A stretch of DNA of 64,000 bases from Lama glama. Its lineage: Eukaryota. The translations under genes and the position numbers were made by a program. Below, piece after piece: positions 13,735 through 27,999 of the stretch (within the stretch, counting starts at the first letter, position 1; each line of letters opens with the position of its first letter). The notes beneath the pieces were generated by a model. It was not told where the DNA came from. It saw nothing but the letters and a program-made list of their open reading frames with translations, and ran no database searches. The stretch is from contig CM052816.1 in assembly GCA_028534125.1 (NCBI GenBank), forward strand, positions 44,146,001 through 44,210,000, given 5' to 3'.

Positions 13735-14030
13735 AGGACCAGTAGGAGAGCCACACTGAGAGGTAGATTTGTGCAGCTTACAAGAGCAAGACCTAGCTGC
13801 CGCTGCCCAGAGGACTTTGTTAGATTCCTGTGTGCAGACTTGATCTGGACGTGCCATGATTCTGCCAGTGGAAGCAGATCTTCAGAGAGGACAGGGACAG
13901 CCAGGATCTGGTACCAGCTGTGTGAATGTGCTCTAACATCCTAGCAGGTCCGTGGATGGGCAGATCTCTGATGAGAGCACAGATTAGCTACCTAACTCCT
14001 CAGTAAAGTTCTGCTTTCTATTCTCCAGGC
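13735..14030 (+). mobile_element. Possible ancient LTR fragment (family not assigned)
   Basis: GC-richer island in an AT background ending in cctcagtaaagttctgctttc, resembling the poly(A)-signal region of an LTR; weak. Confidence 0.3.
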
Positions 14031-15759
14031 TACTGGACTTCACGTAGTTCAGCAGGTCATTTTTTTTTCTTCTGTTTTTCTCAAGAGGTAGTGCTCCCAT
14101 CCACCCCAAAGTATGTAATACACCGTCACAGGAATGTGAAGTGTTTTCATGCAAATGTGGGCGTTATCTGGAAATTTCTGGTTCCAAGCTAATGGGCCAG
14201 GCTTTGAAAATAACTTTCTCAATGTGTTGAAGAATGTTTTCTTCATTTTTATGGCATTGCTTTACTTACTATTATAGTGATTGTTGTACATCATTACACT
14301 TTAAATATATGTTTATACCATTACACACTTTGCTTATCATAGGTACTTTAAAAGGATGTCTCTAAGTAGAATAAAAAGTCACATATTGTCATTTATGACA
14401 ATTTCATTATGTGAGGAAAAGATGATATGTTGAACCTTACTGTAAAAGCCTTAATCCTTTTAATTTGCACTCGTTACACTTATTTTTCTTTCAAATTAAT
14501 TACATTCTGGGCAGAAGTTAATATCCTATATTTATAATTTAGGAAATTAAAACTTTCACTAGCAGTATACAATTATTACATTGCTTTTTAATTGTGGTTT
14601 ACAGATTCACTAGATTGTTGGTGAGTGGAAATGCCAATGTAAATGAAAGGATCATTAAAAAATGATTGTATCTGAAAAACAGTATAGACCCATAAAATCC
14701 CTGTAATGTTACCAGTTTTTGAAAAATGGGGCTTAAAAATTGGAGCCTAAATAGAATCTTAGCTATTAAGCTGCTTCAGTGTTTAAGCTCCAGCCAAGTG
14801 CTTAGATCATAGAAGAATGATTCCCAGGTCAACTGATCTCAAGCTGTTCAAACACCTACTAGGATAATTTTTCCCATCAGTATGCAAAAGAGGAGTTAAT
14901 AAAAAAGGAAGTTTAAGCAATACGTTTCTGTCATGCCCAGCAAACATCATACATATAAAACCCATAGGAGTTTGAAGTCTGCCAAATTCCAATCTCATAT
15001 ATACACTTAAATTGGATCTAATTTACCAACATACAAGTTTACCATACAGACCAGCAAATTAAAATAACAAAAACAAAAATAGCTTCTTACTTATTCACGA
15101 AGATAATGAGTGACTCATTCTTGCTCTGTTATTAGAAATACTGAGCTTATAACCTTAAATGTTAGTTTAAATGTGGTCAAAATCATGTTATTTCTACTGT
15201 GTATAAATTTTCTCATGAAGTTCATTTGATAAGCAGTTCCTTTTCTAACTGGCTCCTCTAAGATTGTGTTATAAAACAAAAGTAAAACCAGTATGGGCAT
15301 TTCTCACACCTTTGAGTTGGAAAGACCTGTGAATTTGGACGTATTCATGACATCTTTGCTCAGTTGGTTCTCACCCTAAAATAAGTACCCCCCACTTGGT
15401 AGATATCTATTAATTGCATGTGTTGGCTTTGCACTGGGACCCAGTGTTTCTAAATAGTCTATTGAGCATTTGCCACTTTCCCCCTAGTGTGTCATTCTTC
15501 AGTGTCTTTGACTTTCCAGGTATGTCATGCTCTCCTTTGTACGTCAAAGCCAGTCACTTCATGTGAAAGGAGAAACATACTATTTATAATAACTTACCAT
15601 TTTTTCAAGGTTACAAAAGCCAAGATCTGTATCAGAGCATGGAGAATTGTTCTGTCCTCAACTCAGTCTCATTTTGTCACCTCTCACCAAAGTGAGATGC
15701 CCAATGTCTCAAAAAACTTCTCATGAAAAAAAGTTCCTCCCACTTTGAAAGAACTAATA

Positions 15760-15792
15760 ATAAGAGGAGGACATTAATAGTCCTCCTCTTAT
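15760..15792. repeat. Perfect 13-bp inverted repeat with 7-nt loop
   Basis: ataagaggaggac (15760-15772) attaata gtcctcctcttat (15780-15792). Confidence 0.95.
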
Positions 15793-18334
15793 ATTCTTGC
15801 ATCCTTATTGCCAAAGAAGTAAGAGAAATTGATGTACATTGTTCTATTATAGCATTGTTTTTAAAGGGAGGAATTTGAAATTTTTATTACTATAGAGTAA
15901 GTTTATTGATTACATTTTATTTTCTGTATAGCTATTAATGAGAAGTGCAGAACCAGATGAAGATAATTAGGGGAAAAATAATGTATTGTCCTTGTGAAAA
16001 TATAGCCTAAAATGAAATTGAAAGCACTGAATTTGTAATTTAGAATAGAACATTGAATAACTTTGACAATCAGTACAGTTTAATCAGTAGCATCTACTGA
16101 ACGATGTAGATATAAGGACTGTGTGAGCCACTAATTGCTCCTAGTCACCACAGTCCACTCAGCATACAGAATTGATTTGTATGATCATTAGGACAAGAAA
16201 ACTTTAGATGAGGTAATTTTATCAGTTTAAGTTGATAAATCAATTGATTTTGTATTGACTTCTCCAATACAACAGATACATATGTTGAAGCTCAGTGTGT
16301 GTAAGTATACATACATTTACACACATGCATATATATTGTATAACATGTAATTTTATAAATTTGTACAAACTTTATACATTTAAAAGCTTTTAGGAAATAA
16401 ACTTACCTATTTATCATTATGTCTTTTATGTCAGCAGTTTTATCTGGTTGGTATAATTTCAAGCATAAAGTAATATTTGTAGAGGGCTCATTTAAATACT
16501 AGATTTTTGGACTGAATGTTAATAAAATCTATTGATAGTCAAAAATGATGCATTCAGGAGGCATTGTTTTAACATGTGGTAGGGGTAGTTAGAAAACCTG
16601 GCCTCTTAATTGCTAAATAGTCACAGCAAGTCAGTTTGCTTGACTTAAATTACTTTTATGGTAACATCAGTTTGAAGGAGTTTTGACTAGGTGTCAAGTG
16701 ACGTTTTAAATTTAAAATATTGGAATGTATTTGTATTAAGAATTTGACAAAACCAGCCCCAAATAAAATTATATTAGAAATTTTGCCATTTTTCCTATAG
16801 TTTAATTCGTTTGCTGAAATACATTTTGACCCATAATTAATTTTAACTACTTGTGTTTAAAGTAAAAGAAACTTATTGCCAATAAACATTTGACAAAAAC
16901 ATACATATATACAGTTTTGAGAACTGAATCAAAACTGGTGTCATTTAACTAAGAAATAGCTGGCCACATATGATGGTACGAAGAACTTCCAAAGGGCTAA
17001 AAGAGAGTGGAGATGCCTTGTATGAAAACATTATAATATTAAAGTTATTGGAAATTTAATTTTAAAATGTTTTAAGCAATGCAAGTAGAATTCATTTAGT
17101 GATGAAATGCTGAGCACAGACTATAGTTTACACAGTTGTTGGTAAACAGAATTCTAGCTAATGACTTCTAATGTGGAAAAATGTTCAGTAAAGCAGAAAT
17201 AATCCTAACAGTTAAAATTTAAAAGGAGAAATTGAGGAAATCGATTCAAAAATTCAGAAAGTGGGTTTTTTTCCAACAAATGTTGCTTATCTCAAGAGGG
17301 TAGTATGGGGTAAGAGGACAGTAAAGAAAAATCAACTAATTCAGTCATCTCTGCATTGCGATTGATTTGTTACTATGAATATGTATTTTTATAATTAATA
17401 AAAGGAGAATACTGTGAGTGACGCAAATGAGCCATTTATAATTTTGTGCAGAAGAAGAGAGGAGTATATTTAATGGCTATGTCCCCTGGCTCAGTATGTT
17501 CAAAGATGTTTAATTTGGTCCAACGAGAATATGGATGGATAATCTCTGCACAAATATACTGGGCAGTCAGGGATTCTTTCTAGCTTTATCTTTGTCCTGT
17601 AGGATGCTACACATAGACATCTATCCTTCTGGGTTTGCTAAATGCTTTCAGGAGAACATGCATGACATTTGAGCTATTGCTTCTGCTTCTCAACGCTAAA
17701 GTTACTGGGGATAAATTGGCAAATGTACTTAATGCAGTTGGTGTGAAGGTCTACTCAAGTAAAAATATCAATGTTGTAAATGTTTAAAGTTCTCACTCCA
17801 GTGAAGGCTGTGATTGGCTGGTAGGTGCACATCAAATATAACTCTTTGATACTCCAGTGGTTCTTCTCCAAGCACAACTTCTTTTCATTCCTCTCCAGCT
17901 CTGCTGGGCAGTATCTCCCTACTTTTAGGTCTTCTTCCTTGGTTACAAAACACTCTGTTACACAACAAGCCTTTGATGTTAAGGCTTCTCTTGACTATCT
18001 TCTTTCCAGTGAGCATTGGCAAAAGAAATTCATTGTCTATAAATGGATGATGATTCAGAGCAATTACACATAGATACTGAACAATTTTAACACATATCAC
18101 TAGTCTGCTTAAAAAAATGATGTATCTCCAACTGTGGAGTGAAGCAATAATGGAAATAATTTTGTTGTAAACTTTGAATAAATATGGACCTTTTAATGCA
18201 AAGTAGCTAGGTCACATGTTATGTTAGAATCAAGTTCTGTAATATCGAGTGAAAATTATTTTTGGAAGATGTTAAATATTAAATATTTACACAATAAGTT
18301 TTAATTTTTAAGCCATAATATTTTTTGGAACAAT

Positions 18335-19380
18335 GTATCTGTTGGATCTCTTTGAATTTATTCTATGTGGAGTTTATTGAATTTCTTTAATGTGCAAAAT
18401 AATATTTTCATCAAATTTGGGAAGTTTTGGCGATTGTTTCTTCAAATATTGTTCTTGCCTTTTTCTTTTGCTTCTTCTGAGACCCTCATTATGTGTATGT
18501 TGGTGTGCTAAGGACAGTCCCAGAGGTCTCTGAGTCAGTGATTTTTGCTTCATTTATTTTTTATTCCTCAGATTAGATAAACTCAGTTGCCTACTTTCAA
18601 GTTTATGGACTCTTTGTTCTACTAGCTCAAATCTGCTAATGAGACCTTTCAGTGAATTTTTAGTTTGAATTTTTTTATTTTTTAACTCTGGAATTTTTTT
18701 AAATAATACTGTCTCCTTATTGACATTCTCAATTTGATTAGACATTGTTTCATAATTTTGCCTATTCTATAGACATTTTATTTAGTTTTTGCAGTAGTTA
18801 CACGAGCTAATTTAAAGTCTCTGTCTAGTAAGTCCAACATCTGGACTGTTTCAGGACAGTTTCTGTTAACTACTTTATTTTCTCCGTATGAGTTGTACTT
18901 TCCTCTATTTGCGTGTCTCATACATTTTTGTTTAAAATTATATGTTTTAGATAATTTACATTGGTGATTCATATGGCAGTTATTAAAATTAGGTTCCTAT
19001 CATGGTTCTTTTTCTTCTAGGTTAGCTTAATGGTCATCCAATGATTATTCAGACATTTCCTTAAAGGCTTGAACCAATAAATCTTCTACCTTTTCCAAGA
19101 GGTCTGTGTTTGTGTTGGCACATGCCTTAATGCTCAGGCAACTCACAGGCTGTCTAGCTTTCACTTTCTGCTTATGTAGGGACTAAAGGTGAGCCATGTG
19201 AGGGCTTGGGTTCCTCCTAGGTCTTTCTTGTGTATGTAAACAGAATTGCACATGTGTGCAAGCTTCTAATCCTGAAGAGTATCTCAGAGCTTTACAAAGC
19301 CACCTATGGACATAATCTTCTCCAGATTTTTCTCTAAAATTTGTGACCAGGATCCTGCTTACTCTAATTGGTATCACAGA
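18335..19380 (-). mobile_element. Old LINE-1 ORF1 and 5' region remnant (L1M class)
   Basis: Minus strand encodes the L1 ORF1p motif NFPNLMK (near 18410-18428) and a coiled-coil-like remnant (ORF 18554-18745, ...KNSLKGLISRFELVEQRVHKLE); frameshifted. Confidence 0.8.
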
Positions 19381-19399
19381 CTTAGTTAGTTTTTACAAT

Positions 19400-19570
19400 C
19401 TAAGAAAACTTCCAGGAAATTAAGAATATGACTTTATATACTGAAAAATCACAATGGGGGAAGGTAACAAACTCAAGAAAAGAGTATGAACTAAGGATTT
19501 TATATTCATTCAAGCTGTCTTTCAATTATGAAGACTATAGAAAAGCATTTTTAAACATGCGAGAATTGCT
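19400..19570 (+). mobile_element. HAL1/L1 ORF1 C-terminal remnant
   Basis: Peptide RILYSFKLSFNYEDYRKAFLNMREL resembles the ORF1p C-terminal motif RILYPAKLSF...FxNMxEL. Confidence 0.6.
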
Positions 19571-19919
19571 TTTCCAGAGTCAATATGGGAAATCTAATAT
19601 TTGTGTATACTATTAAAGTTCATTTATGATCTTTTTTCTATTATTAAGATATATTTGACATATAACTTTATTACTTTTAGGTGTACATATAATCCTAATT
19701 CAGTCTTACTACAAATATCAATTCTATTATAACTAGTCAATATGACATTAAGAGTCACATGGAAAATAAAACTTCAAGAATGTCTAGGAAAACACTAAAC
19801 AATAAGCTATGAAAGGGAACCAGTCTTATATTAACATATATTATAAAAAAAAGCTGCTATAATCAAAATTGAATAACTATACGGATGGGTCTTTGAGCTT
19901 ACTACCCCCTCCCTCCTTT

Positions 19920-21954
19920 TTTTGGCCATTTCTAATCTGCTGTCAAGAAAATCTGGTAAATTTTTATTTTGTCTTCAGTTATTGTACTTTTTAATTCTAG
20001 AATTTCCTGTCTGATTTTTGTAAATTAATTTTCATTTCTCACCTGAGATGCCCTGTCTGTGCACTCATTAATCCTATATTTTTCTTTAATGATCTGTCTT
20101 TCTCTCTCTGTATATACACATACATATAAATATAAAATATAATGCCTGCTTTAAAGTTATCTGTGAAATACAGTATCTAAACTCTTGGATTCTTTTTTTT
20201 TTAAACTAGCAGTTGCATTCTCCTGTTAACTTGAATGTTGAACAAATTTTGATTGTGTACTGAACCTTCTGGATGATATATTGAATAATTCCTAAAAAGT
20301 ATTGTTCTGGTGTTTGTTCATTTCTGGTTGACATTTTGAACATAGATCCAAATTACTGCAGATCTATAGAAAACTTACTATTTTTTCCAGTCTCCTCTTG
20401 ATGGAATTCTGCTTCCAAATCCTGTCTTCCTTAATGATTTAGTTGAGATTTGGATTTTGGTTTGTTAAGGCCAGTCTAGATTTTATTATAGGTATAGACC
20501 TTACTCCTATTTTAGGGTCTCCCTTGGCACTCAGACATTTCTCTCTTTTGGCTATAGCTGGAACTCGAAAGTCATTATTGCTTGAGTTCTGCTATCTGTG
20601 TTTGCTTTGTAGCAGTCACTCCATGGTAATGTCATGTAAGCAGACACAGACCCTGATCTCTACCTGATCAACAGCTTCAGTAGAGATCAAGAACAATCAT
20701 GGGGCTCATCTCATGAGTTTTCCTTTTCTCAGGAATTGTAATCTGTAGTGCCTGCCATCCACTGTCTGAAAACAGTTGCCTCATGCATTTCCCCCACAAA
20801 TTTATGATTGTTTACCACACTAGGGTGAGTTTACTTTGAAATTCACCTTATAAAAAATAGCTATGAATTCTGCTTCTGCTTTAAATTCAGAAGAAGTGGA
20901 AAATCTTTGCATGATTCTTAACTGTTTTATTTATTGGTATTTCATAAATCTTGTTCCATAAATGCAATAAGTTATATCAATATGTTTTTTGATGTTGAAA
21001 GATCTATACATTATTGGAATTAAAAGAATCAGCCACATCATGACTCTTTTTTTTATATACTGTTATTTCAAGTTTGTTAGTATTTTACCTAATAAGTTTT
21101 ATGTTATATTCACAGTGAAATAAATATCTAGATTAATTTTTAGTAATACTTGTTTGGTGTCAGACTAATGCTGTCTTTAAGAATAAACTGTAAAGTTTCT
21201 TATGTATTTCCACATTTTGAATCCATTTAGATAGGAAAGTCATTCTCTCTTATTTGAATATTTGATATTTTTGTGTACTATTTTAGGCCTAGTATCTTAC
21301 CTCAGATGTACAATTATTTGTTATTACAAGTACTATTATAATTTTATTGTGTTCTGTTATACATATACAAGAATTACTCTAGGGTACATAATTGAATTTG
21401 GAATTGCCATTTTATAGGACATGAACGTATTACTCCTAAGTGATTATACCAATATATATTCCTGACAATAGGAATATATCCTTACTTACACTTGTTTTAG
21501 TTAGTCTTTTAATTTTGATCAATTTGAATGGAAAATATTTCCTTTTGTTTTCAGTTGAATTTTCATGATACAGAATGAATTTGAAATGCTTTTTATATTT
21601 TAATTTTCCATTCTTTATTCCAAATCTTGACACAATTTTTTATTTGGAATTTGGATTATCTCTTACTAATTCATAGCTATTCTTTATTAAAAAAAAAGTC
21701 TGGATGCTAATTCAATCTCAGTTTTTCCATTGCAAACATCTCTTACCAGTTTGTGGCTAGTTTTTAACTTTATTTCCTCTTTCATTGAAATAATGTTTTA
21801 ATTTCAACATGGTCATTTAATGAATTATCACTTTATCATTTCTGGTTTTTTTTCCAGTATTGTCCAAGAAATCCTTTCTTATTCAAAGACCATGAAGATA
21901 TTTTCTTAATTTCTTTTATAATTTGTAAATTTTGGCTTTGTACATTTATTTCTT
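19920..21954 (-). mobile_element. Cluster of old LINE-1 (L1ME-like) fragments
   Basis: T-rich decayed L1 antisense motifs, e.g. ttattgtactttttaattctagaattt, tttcagttgaattttcatgat, tggatgctaattc...ttgcaaacatctctt, ccaagaaatcctttcttattcaaagaccatgaagatattttct. Confidence 0.6.
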
Positions 21955-22920
21955 CGAAAGAAAAAAAATACTTCTCTTTCTCTAGTATGCTAAACTCTCA
22001 CAACACTTCTAACATCTCTCTTCTCACACCAAATGAATTTTTTTTCTCCATACCAAACAATTTTTCAACACTAGCTGAATATGCTACAGTTCAATTTAAT
22101 TATAACACTATCTATGGGGAATTAGCTTCAGATCTCAAAGGTGAAGAGCTCCATCCAACGAGACTGCCTCCCTGACTCCAGACACTGATTGAAAGTTTAG
22201 GTTGTCATCTATGCTTCTGACTGACCAGCTATAAATTAGAGGTAGCACAACCCCCACCTCCCATTGCATATTTTGCTAGAATGGTTCACCAAATTTAGGA
22301 AACAATTTACTCACTAGGCTGCTGGATTATTATAAAAGGATACAACTCAGGGACAGTTGGAAGGAATAGGATGCACAGGACAAAGTTTGGAGAAAAGGAT
22401 GCAGAACTTCTATGCCCTCTCCAGTACCTCCAGATCATCCCCAACCTGAAAGCTCTTTGAACCCCGTACTTAACAGAATTTTATGAAGATTTCATTATAT
22501 AGTCACAATTGATTAAATCTTTGGCCATTGGTGATTAGTTGAACCTCCAGCCCCTCTTCCCTCCAAAGGTAGCAAGAGGAGGGTAGCTAAAAGTTCCAAT
22601 CCTCTTATCACATCACTGGTTCCCTTGGCAACCAGTCCCCATCCTATGGGTATCTAGGGCCTTTCAAAAAATCAACTCATTAACATAAACTCATGTGTGG
22701 TTGAAAGTGTCTTGTTATGAATAACAAAAGACATTTCTTTCACTTTTATTGCTCTGAAGCTATTTCAGAAACTGAGGACAAAAGATCAAATACTATAACA
22801 AAAGATGTTCCCATGGCTCTTATCACTTAGGAAATTACAAGGGTTTTAGGAGCTCTTTGGCAAAGAACTACGGACTAAGGTCAAAATATATATATTCTTA
22901 CTATAAATCAAAACATTTCA
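21955..22920 (-). mobile_element. MER21C-like solo LTR nested in an old L1
   Basis: Hallmarks caacacttct...ttcaatttaattataacactatct...gcttctgactgaccagctataaat...gattaaatctttggccattggtgat...cacttaggaaattacaagggttttaggagctct; the L1 resumes at 22921. Confidence 0.85.
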
Positions 22921-23650
22921 TTATTTAATCCACCAACCATCTTTTTTTATGGCATAGGTATTGATTAATTTTTTTTCTGTATGGATAGTTAATTTTTCCA
23001 GCACTAATTACTAAATAAGTTCATTAATAGTAATAGATTTTGTTTGATAACATCTCTGTCTGACAGATGTGTATTTCTGATGTATTATATTTATGAACGC
23101 TCAAAATCCTTATATTTGCTTCTTTCTCAGAAAATATTTAATTATTAACATTTCACAAAAACCTTTATCTCACGGACTGTTCACATTTCATTCTTCTACA
23201 AAATTTTCTTGCCTATTTTTGATCCTTTTTTTCTTCTGTGAGGTTTTCTATAGTTCGTCAGCTTTCATTAAAAACTTTGTTGTTAATGTAATCACATTTA
23301 ATTCATAGATCACTTTGCAGAAACTTGGCATCTTAGTACTATTGAGTCTTTCAGTATACAAAGGTATTCTATCTTTAATTTATTTGGGATCTAGTCTTGT
23401 TACTCTATTTTATAATTTTCTCCATAAAGATTTCACACGTTTTTATTAATTATAATCCTAATATCTTCATGGTTTCTGTTGTTACAGCAAATGGAATCTT
23501 TTTCCTGTGACGTTTTCTAATTGGCTTTAATCAGCATAAAAAAATGTTGCTGATTTTTTCATTTTAACTTTTCAGTCTAGATATCCAGTTGATTATCTTA
23601 TTAGATGAAATATTTTATCTTTATATCAGCTTTGGATATTCTGTAATATC
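22921..23650 (-). mobile_element. Old LINE-1 ORF2 remnant (continuation of the L1ME-like copy)
   Basis: tttaatccac...atggatagttaatttttccagcac...atttaattcatagatcactttg...attgagtctttc...tttctaattgg. Confidence 0.65.
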
Positions 23651-23699
23651 ATATTAGTGGCCATTCAGGAGATTTTGACCTCTTGGTTTCAGTTCTTCT

Positions 23700-24070
23700 A
23701 AGTAACATATTTCCTGCAAAAGGTAACAAATGACCTCACAAACTGCAAGGGAGGATGGGAAATGTAGCCTTCGCTTTCCTATAAACTCAAAGAGTAAATG
23801 AGAATGGTGAGCATTTAGCCAAATTCTCTTACCTTCTGCCCTTCTGCTCACCAAATACACATTTCTCTCTCCTGTCACAAATAGTATACTCGTTTAAAAT
23901 GCCCAGTATGTCACCCAGTCAGTGCGTTCAGTTCAAGTCCAAGATCTCTCTTGTGTGTGACAGCTTTTGACATAAAATTATATATATATTTGTCAACACA
24001 CCCAATATATAGTGGTAGGATAGGATTGATCACTACATTAAATACCTCTAACATGAAGGGTGTGTGTGTG

Positions 24071-24134
<64 letters not shown>

Positions 24135-24992
24135 AGAAAGAGAGTAATTCAGAGTCTCCATGGGGCCAACATTTTGAAGGCTCTCATTCTGTTCTCTGGA
24201 AAGAACTTCTTCACCATTGTTTTCCACAGCTCTGGTTTCTGTCATTTTGGAGGTATCTCCTTGGCTTTATCAGATACGGGTGTTGAGATCCTGGTTTCCA
24301 TGGAGGATCTGCCTAATTCAAAACCTTCCTCTTTTTCATGGAACTATTAATGGCTGAGTATTGTTTTAAATCTCAAAAAATCAAAGGCTTTTTAAAAACA
24401 GAGCTTGTTTCTTTGGCACAGTATTTTCTCAGTAGTGCAGCAGGCACTTTATAAATTTGCTTTTATTAAGATACAAAATTCATTAACCACATCCATCCTT
24501 TTGCTTCATCCTCTCTTTCAATTTGATGGTGGCTGACATGAGGCTATCTGGAACAAAAGTGGGAAGGTCACCACCCTTGATCTGATTTTTGCCCTTGGTC
24601 CATTTATTTAACTGAGAAGTTCAGCTTGGAATTATACTTTTAATCTTATAATTTACCTATGTCATTTTGTTCAGCTGAAATTTTTGGTGAGGCTGTGCCA
24701 CTTTTGAACTTATCACCTGCCACTTGGAGTGTAGAAGCAGCTAGTCTGTTGAAGTCCACAAGACCACAAACTTGTTTCTGTTCCTTTCATATCTGCTGGA
24801 GAATCAGCCAGTCCATTACTGAGTTCAACTTGCTCTTATACTTTACCAATTTCAGGCAATAATAACCAACATATTACTGTTCTTGAACTCTTCCCCCTAA
24901 AGCTGCAATTCCCAAAGATATGTGGTCTATCTCCCAGTTTACTTGAGGTATTATCTTTGCCTAAAGTTTTCCAACTGCAAAACAAAGATCAC
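23700..24992 (-). mobile_element. MaLR MLT1 (J/K-like) LTR part plus MLT1 internal sequence
   Basis: aactgcaagggaggatgggaaatgtagc is an MLT1J/K LTR hallmark; downstream cccaatatatagtggtagga..., caccacccttgatctga and aataaccaacat...ttttccaactgc resemble MLT1-int. Confidence 0.65.
24060..24132. repeat. (TG)n followed by a pure (TA)27 microsatellite
   Basis: Directly visible; uninterrupted TA run at 24077-24130. Confidence 0.98.
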
Positions 24993-25019
24993 TGAACTGC
25001 TGTGTTAGGTATAGATGAT

Positions 25020-25560
25020 TGGGACAAGTGGATTGTGGGAGCAGTGTTGGTAGGCAAATATAGAATCATGGAAAGAAGTCAGGATATAATTGTAATAATT
25101 CAGGAAGACATGATAGTGACTTGAGCCAGTATGGTGGCAGTGGGGATGGTAGAAGGTCATCAACTCTCAATGTGTATCTACAACAAAGTCCATATTATTT
25201 GATGATAGGTTGAATATGAGAGAGTACTGTGTGAAGGGTGACTATAATATTTATAGTCAAAAAACCTATAAACCATTATTTCATATAGTAAGTACTGCAG
25301 CAAGTGTTAGGGATACAAAATGAGTAAGTCCCAGTATCTTTCCTCCCATAATTTATTTATTATTCAGGGGAAAAGTCATAAAACTAGATAATCACAACAC
25401 AGTCTATTATGAATAAATGTAATTATATAATTACGGAATGAGTTCTGGGAGGAGAGAGTAGATAACTTTATCTCGATGCTGGGGAAGGAGATAAGATTTT
25501 GCAAAGAAGATGAGAGGGAGTTGATTTTTGAAAGATGACTAGGAAGGTGTATAGGACTAG
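25020..25560 (-). mobile_element. L2 LINE fragments
   Basis: gtaataattcaggaagacatgatagtgacttgagccagtatggtggcagtggggatgg and gtgttagggatacaaaatgagtaag...ttgaaagatgactagga are reversed L2 motifs. Confidence 0.65.
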
Positions 25561-27999
25561 AAATTTCAGACATCTCCTAAATGGGAAATTTTATCCTTTA
25601 TCATAGAAATTTCCAATGCCCTTATTAATAGTTGTATAACAGTCATAAGTACAATCACTATTTGGTAGCAAATACCAGCATTGCAATCTTACTAATACAT
25701 TGCTTTCCCATTGGTTGCAAATTCTAAATCTTGCCTTCATGTTAATCTGAAGTCTGGGATCAACTGAGTCTCAGTTTGGGGACTAACTATTGCAGTGAAT
25801 CTTTATATGGAAACTGAACTCTGTGAGATCTCATTCTCTTCAGTACAAATCAAGATGTAGACTCCACTATTGCTCAAATCACTTTATATGGTGATCTAAT
25901 GAAAAAAAATCAGAGTTGAAAATATAATTAATCCTAGATAAAAGTTATTCATTGAGAACATTTATTCATGGATAAGATTGAATTAAACATTACCAGAATT
26001 TTCTAAATCAGTACACAGTTCATGCCATATTTTCCATTTCCTTGGACAGATTTCAATAGGATGAAATGGTGAAACGTTCTCAAGAAAAAAAAAATCTAGA
26101 TGCTTCATAAAAAATGATCACCTGTAGATTTCCTATATGATTGTGCTTAAATTATAATGGAATCAAAATTTGAATAATTTTAAACAAACGATATTACTAA
26201 AGTTGTATTAATTTGTTAGAAAAGAATACTTTTCTTTTATTATACCCTAAAGCTCAACTGTAAATCGTATTTATTTTAAGATATTCATGTGAGAAAGGAT
26301 TGAGGCATTATATAAAGTCTGAAGTATATCTCACCCTGAAAGTTTTGAGTTGCTTTGCTATGTGAGGTCATCCACTATAACAAATCAACAGGGAAATGAT
26401 CTGATTTGTAAGTATCATAACTCAAAGGCAAATCTATATTAAGAAAATTCTAGTGATGTTTTGAAAACAACTAAATGGCTCATCTAATGAATGAGATGAT
26501 ATGGCTTCCTTGGAATTCTAATCATTTGAACATCTTCTAACCTAACTCCCCAACCCCCATCTTTCTGCTCTTTTCACATTTCTGTTTCCAATGAATGGAT
26601 AGGGATTAAGACATTTTTGTAGGCTACCCTTTAACTTTCATATTCCTGAAACTTCATTCAGAGATTGAGGTGGATATTTATGGGAGGTAGGGAGTTAGGA
26701 AATCATGGATTCACATCTTGATCATGATCTTAGAGGGAAATCACTTCATTTCACTGGCACTCAATTCCCCTATCTCATTTAAAATCCCACATTTATGACT
26801 CTTGGGTGATCCCAATTAGTTAAACAGAAATGTATTAGTTGCCTACTAAGTGCCAGGAACTATACAGAGCACTGATATAGTCACTACCTTCAAATAGCTT
26901 TGATCACACTTCAAGCTGTGTGATCAAAACATACTCTGTCCTTTTCCCTTACTCTGCTACAAGAGGTAAGATGGCAAGTGTCAGATTATGAAGAATCTTA
27001 CAAGATGTGTCAAGAGGATGTTGTCCTATTTTATACATAAAGAATGCAATAAACAATTACTTATTTGTGACATTATTAATTTACATAAAATATTTTTAGC
27101 TGAGCCAAACCAGAGAGAATTCTGAAATAGAACAAAATACAAATTATTTAAATTAATATACCTTTTGTTCTGCTTTAATTATAAAACAGTTTTCTGTTTA
27201 TTTTCTTTTCCTTAAAGTTTCTGAAATGTATTAATCCATTTTTCAAATGTTTGGTTGTAGAATAACCCATTTTGCTAGACACTTGCCCAATAATTTTTAA
27301 ACTCATGTTTATTTTAAAAGTAATGTGATACATGTGTTTCAGATTTATTTCACGTAATCTATCCAAGTATTGTTGTCTATGAATGTACTAATGGAAAAGG
27401 AGCCTCTTTTATTGGGTGTTTGAAATACTTTAAAGGAACAACAATTTGCCAAGAAGCAAAGTGACTTCTAAAAGTTTGATGTTCCTGGTATCTATGAAAC
27501 ACATTTCACTAAATTTATTCAAGCACTTAGTTCAAGAATTCTTACTAAAATTAGAATCACAAACTTAACTAAATCAAGATCTTTCAATCTTTTTCTTTCC
27601 AACCAAATGGACATAGTATCCAGATACTCATAACCTGACTTAGCAAATATCTTTAGATTTAAATCTCTGTTTTAGACAATAAAAAGAAATCCACTACATT
27701 ACTAAAAGAGACTCAGATTGAGAATACTGAATAGATGACTATGAGTAGAAATGAAATGCTATTATTTCTACATACCAATGAGTATTATTCATTTAACATG
27801 AAAATAACAAGGAGAAAGCAATGTGTCTTTTCAAAATAAGTGGTATGAACTTTGACAAACTCTCCTTGATCTGTCCACTGAATACAAACAATTTTGGCCT
27901 TTTCCTTGTTTTCTTCTCTAAAGGAATCTTTCCTTCAGATATACACAGGTTCAAACAATAACAAAAGGGCCAGCAAAGACAGTAACATTTCCTTTACTG

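Noticed and set aside
23951..24350. ORFs with YIYIYI repeats (also 8532-8893)
   Set aside because: Translations of (TA)n microsatellites.
26899..26928. 11-bp stem hairpin tttgatcacac / gtgtgatcaaa with 8-nt loop
   Set aside because: Near chance expectation and too short for a structured RNA.
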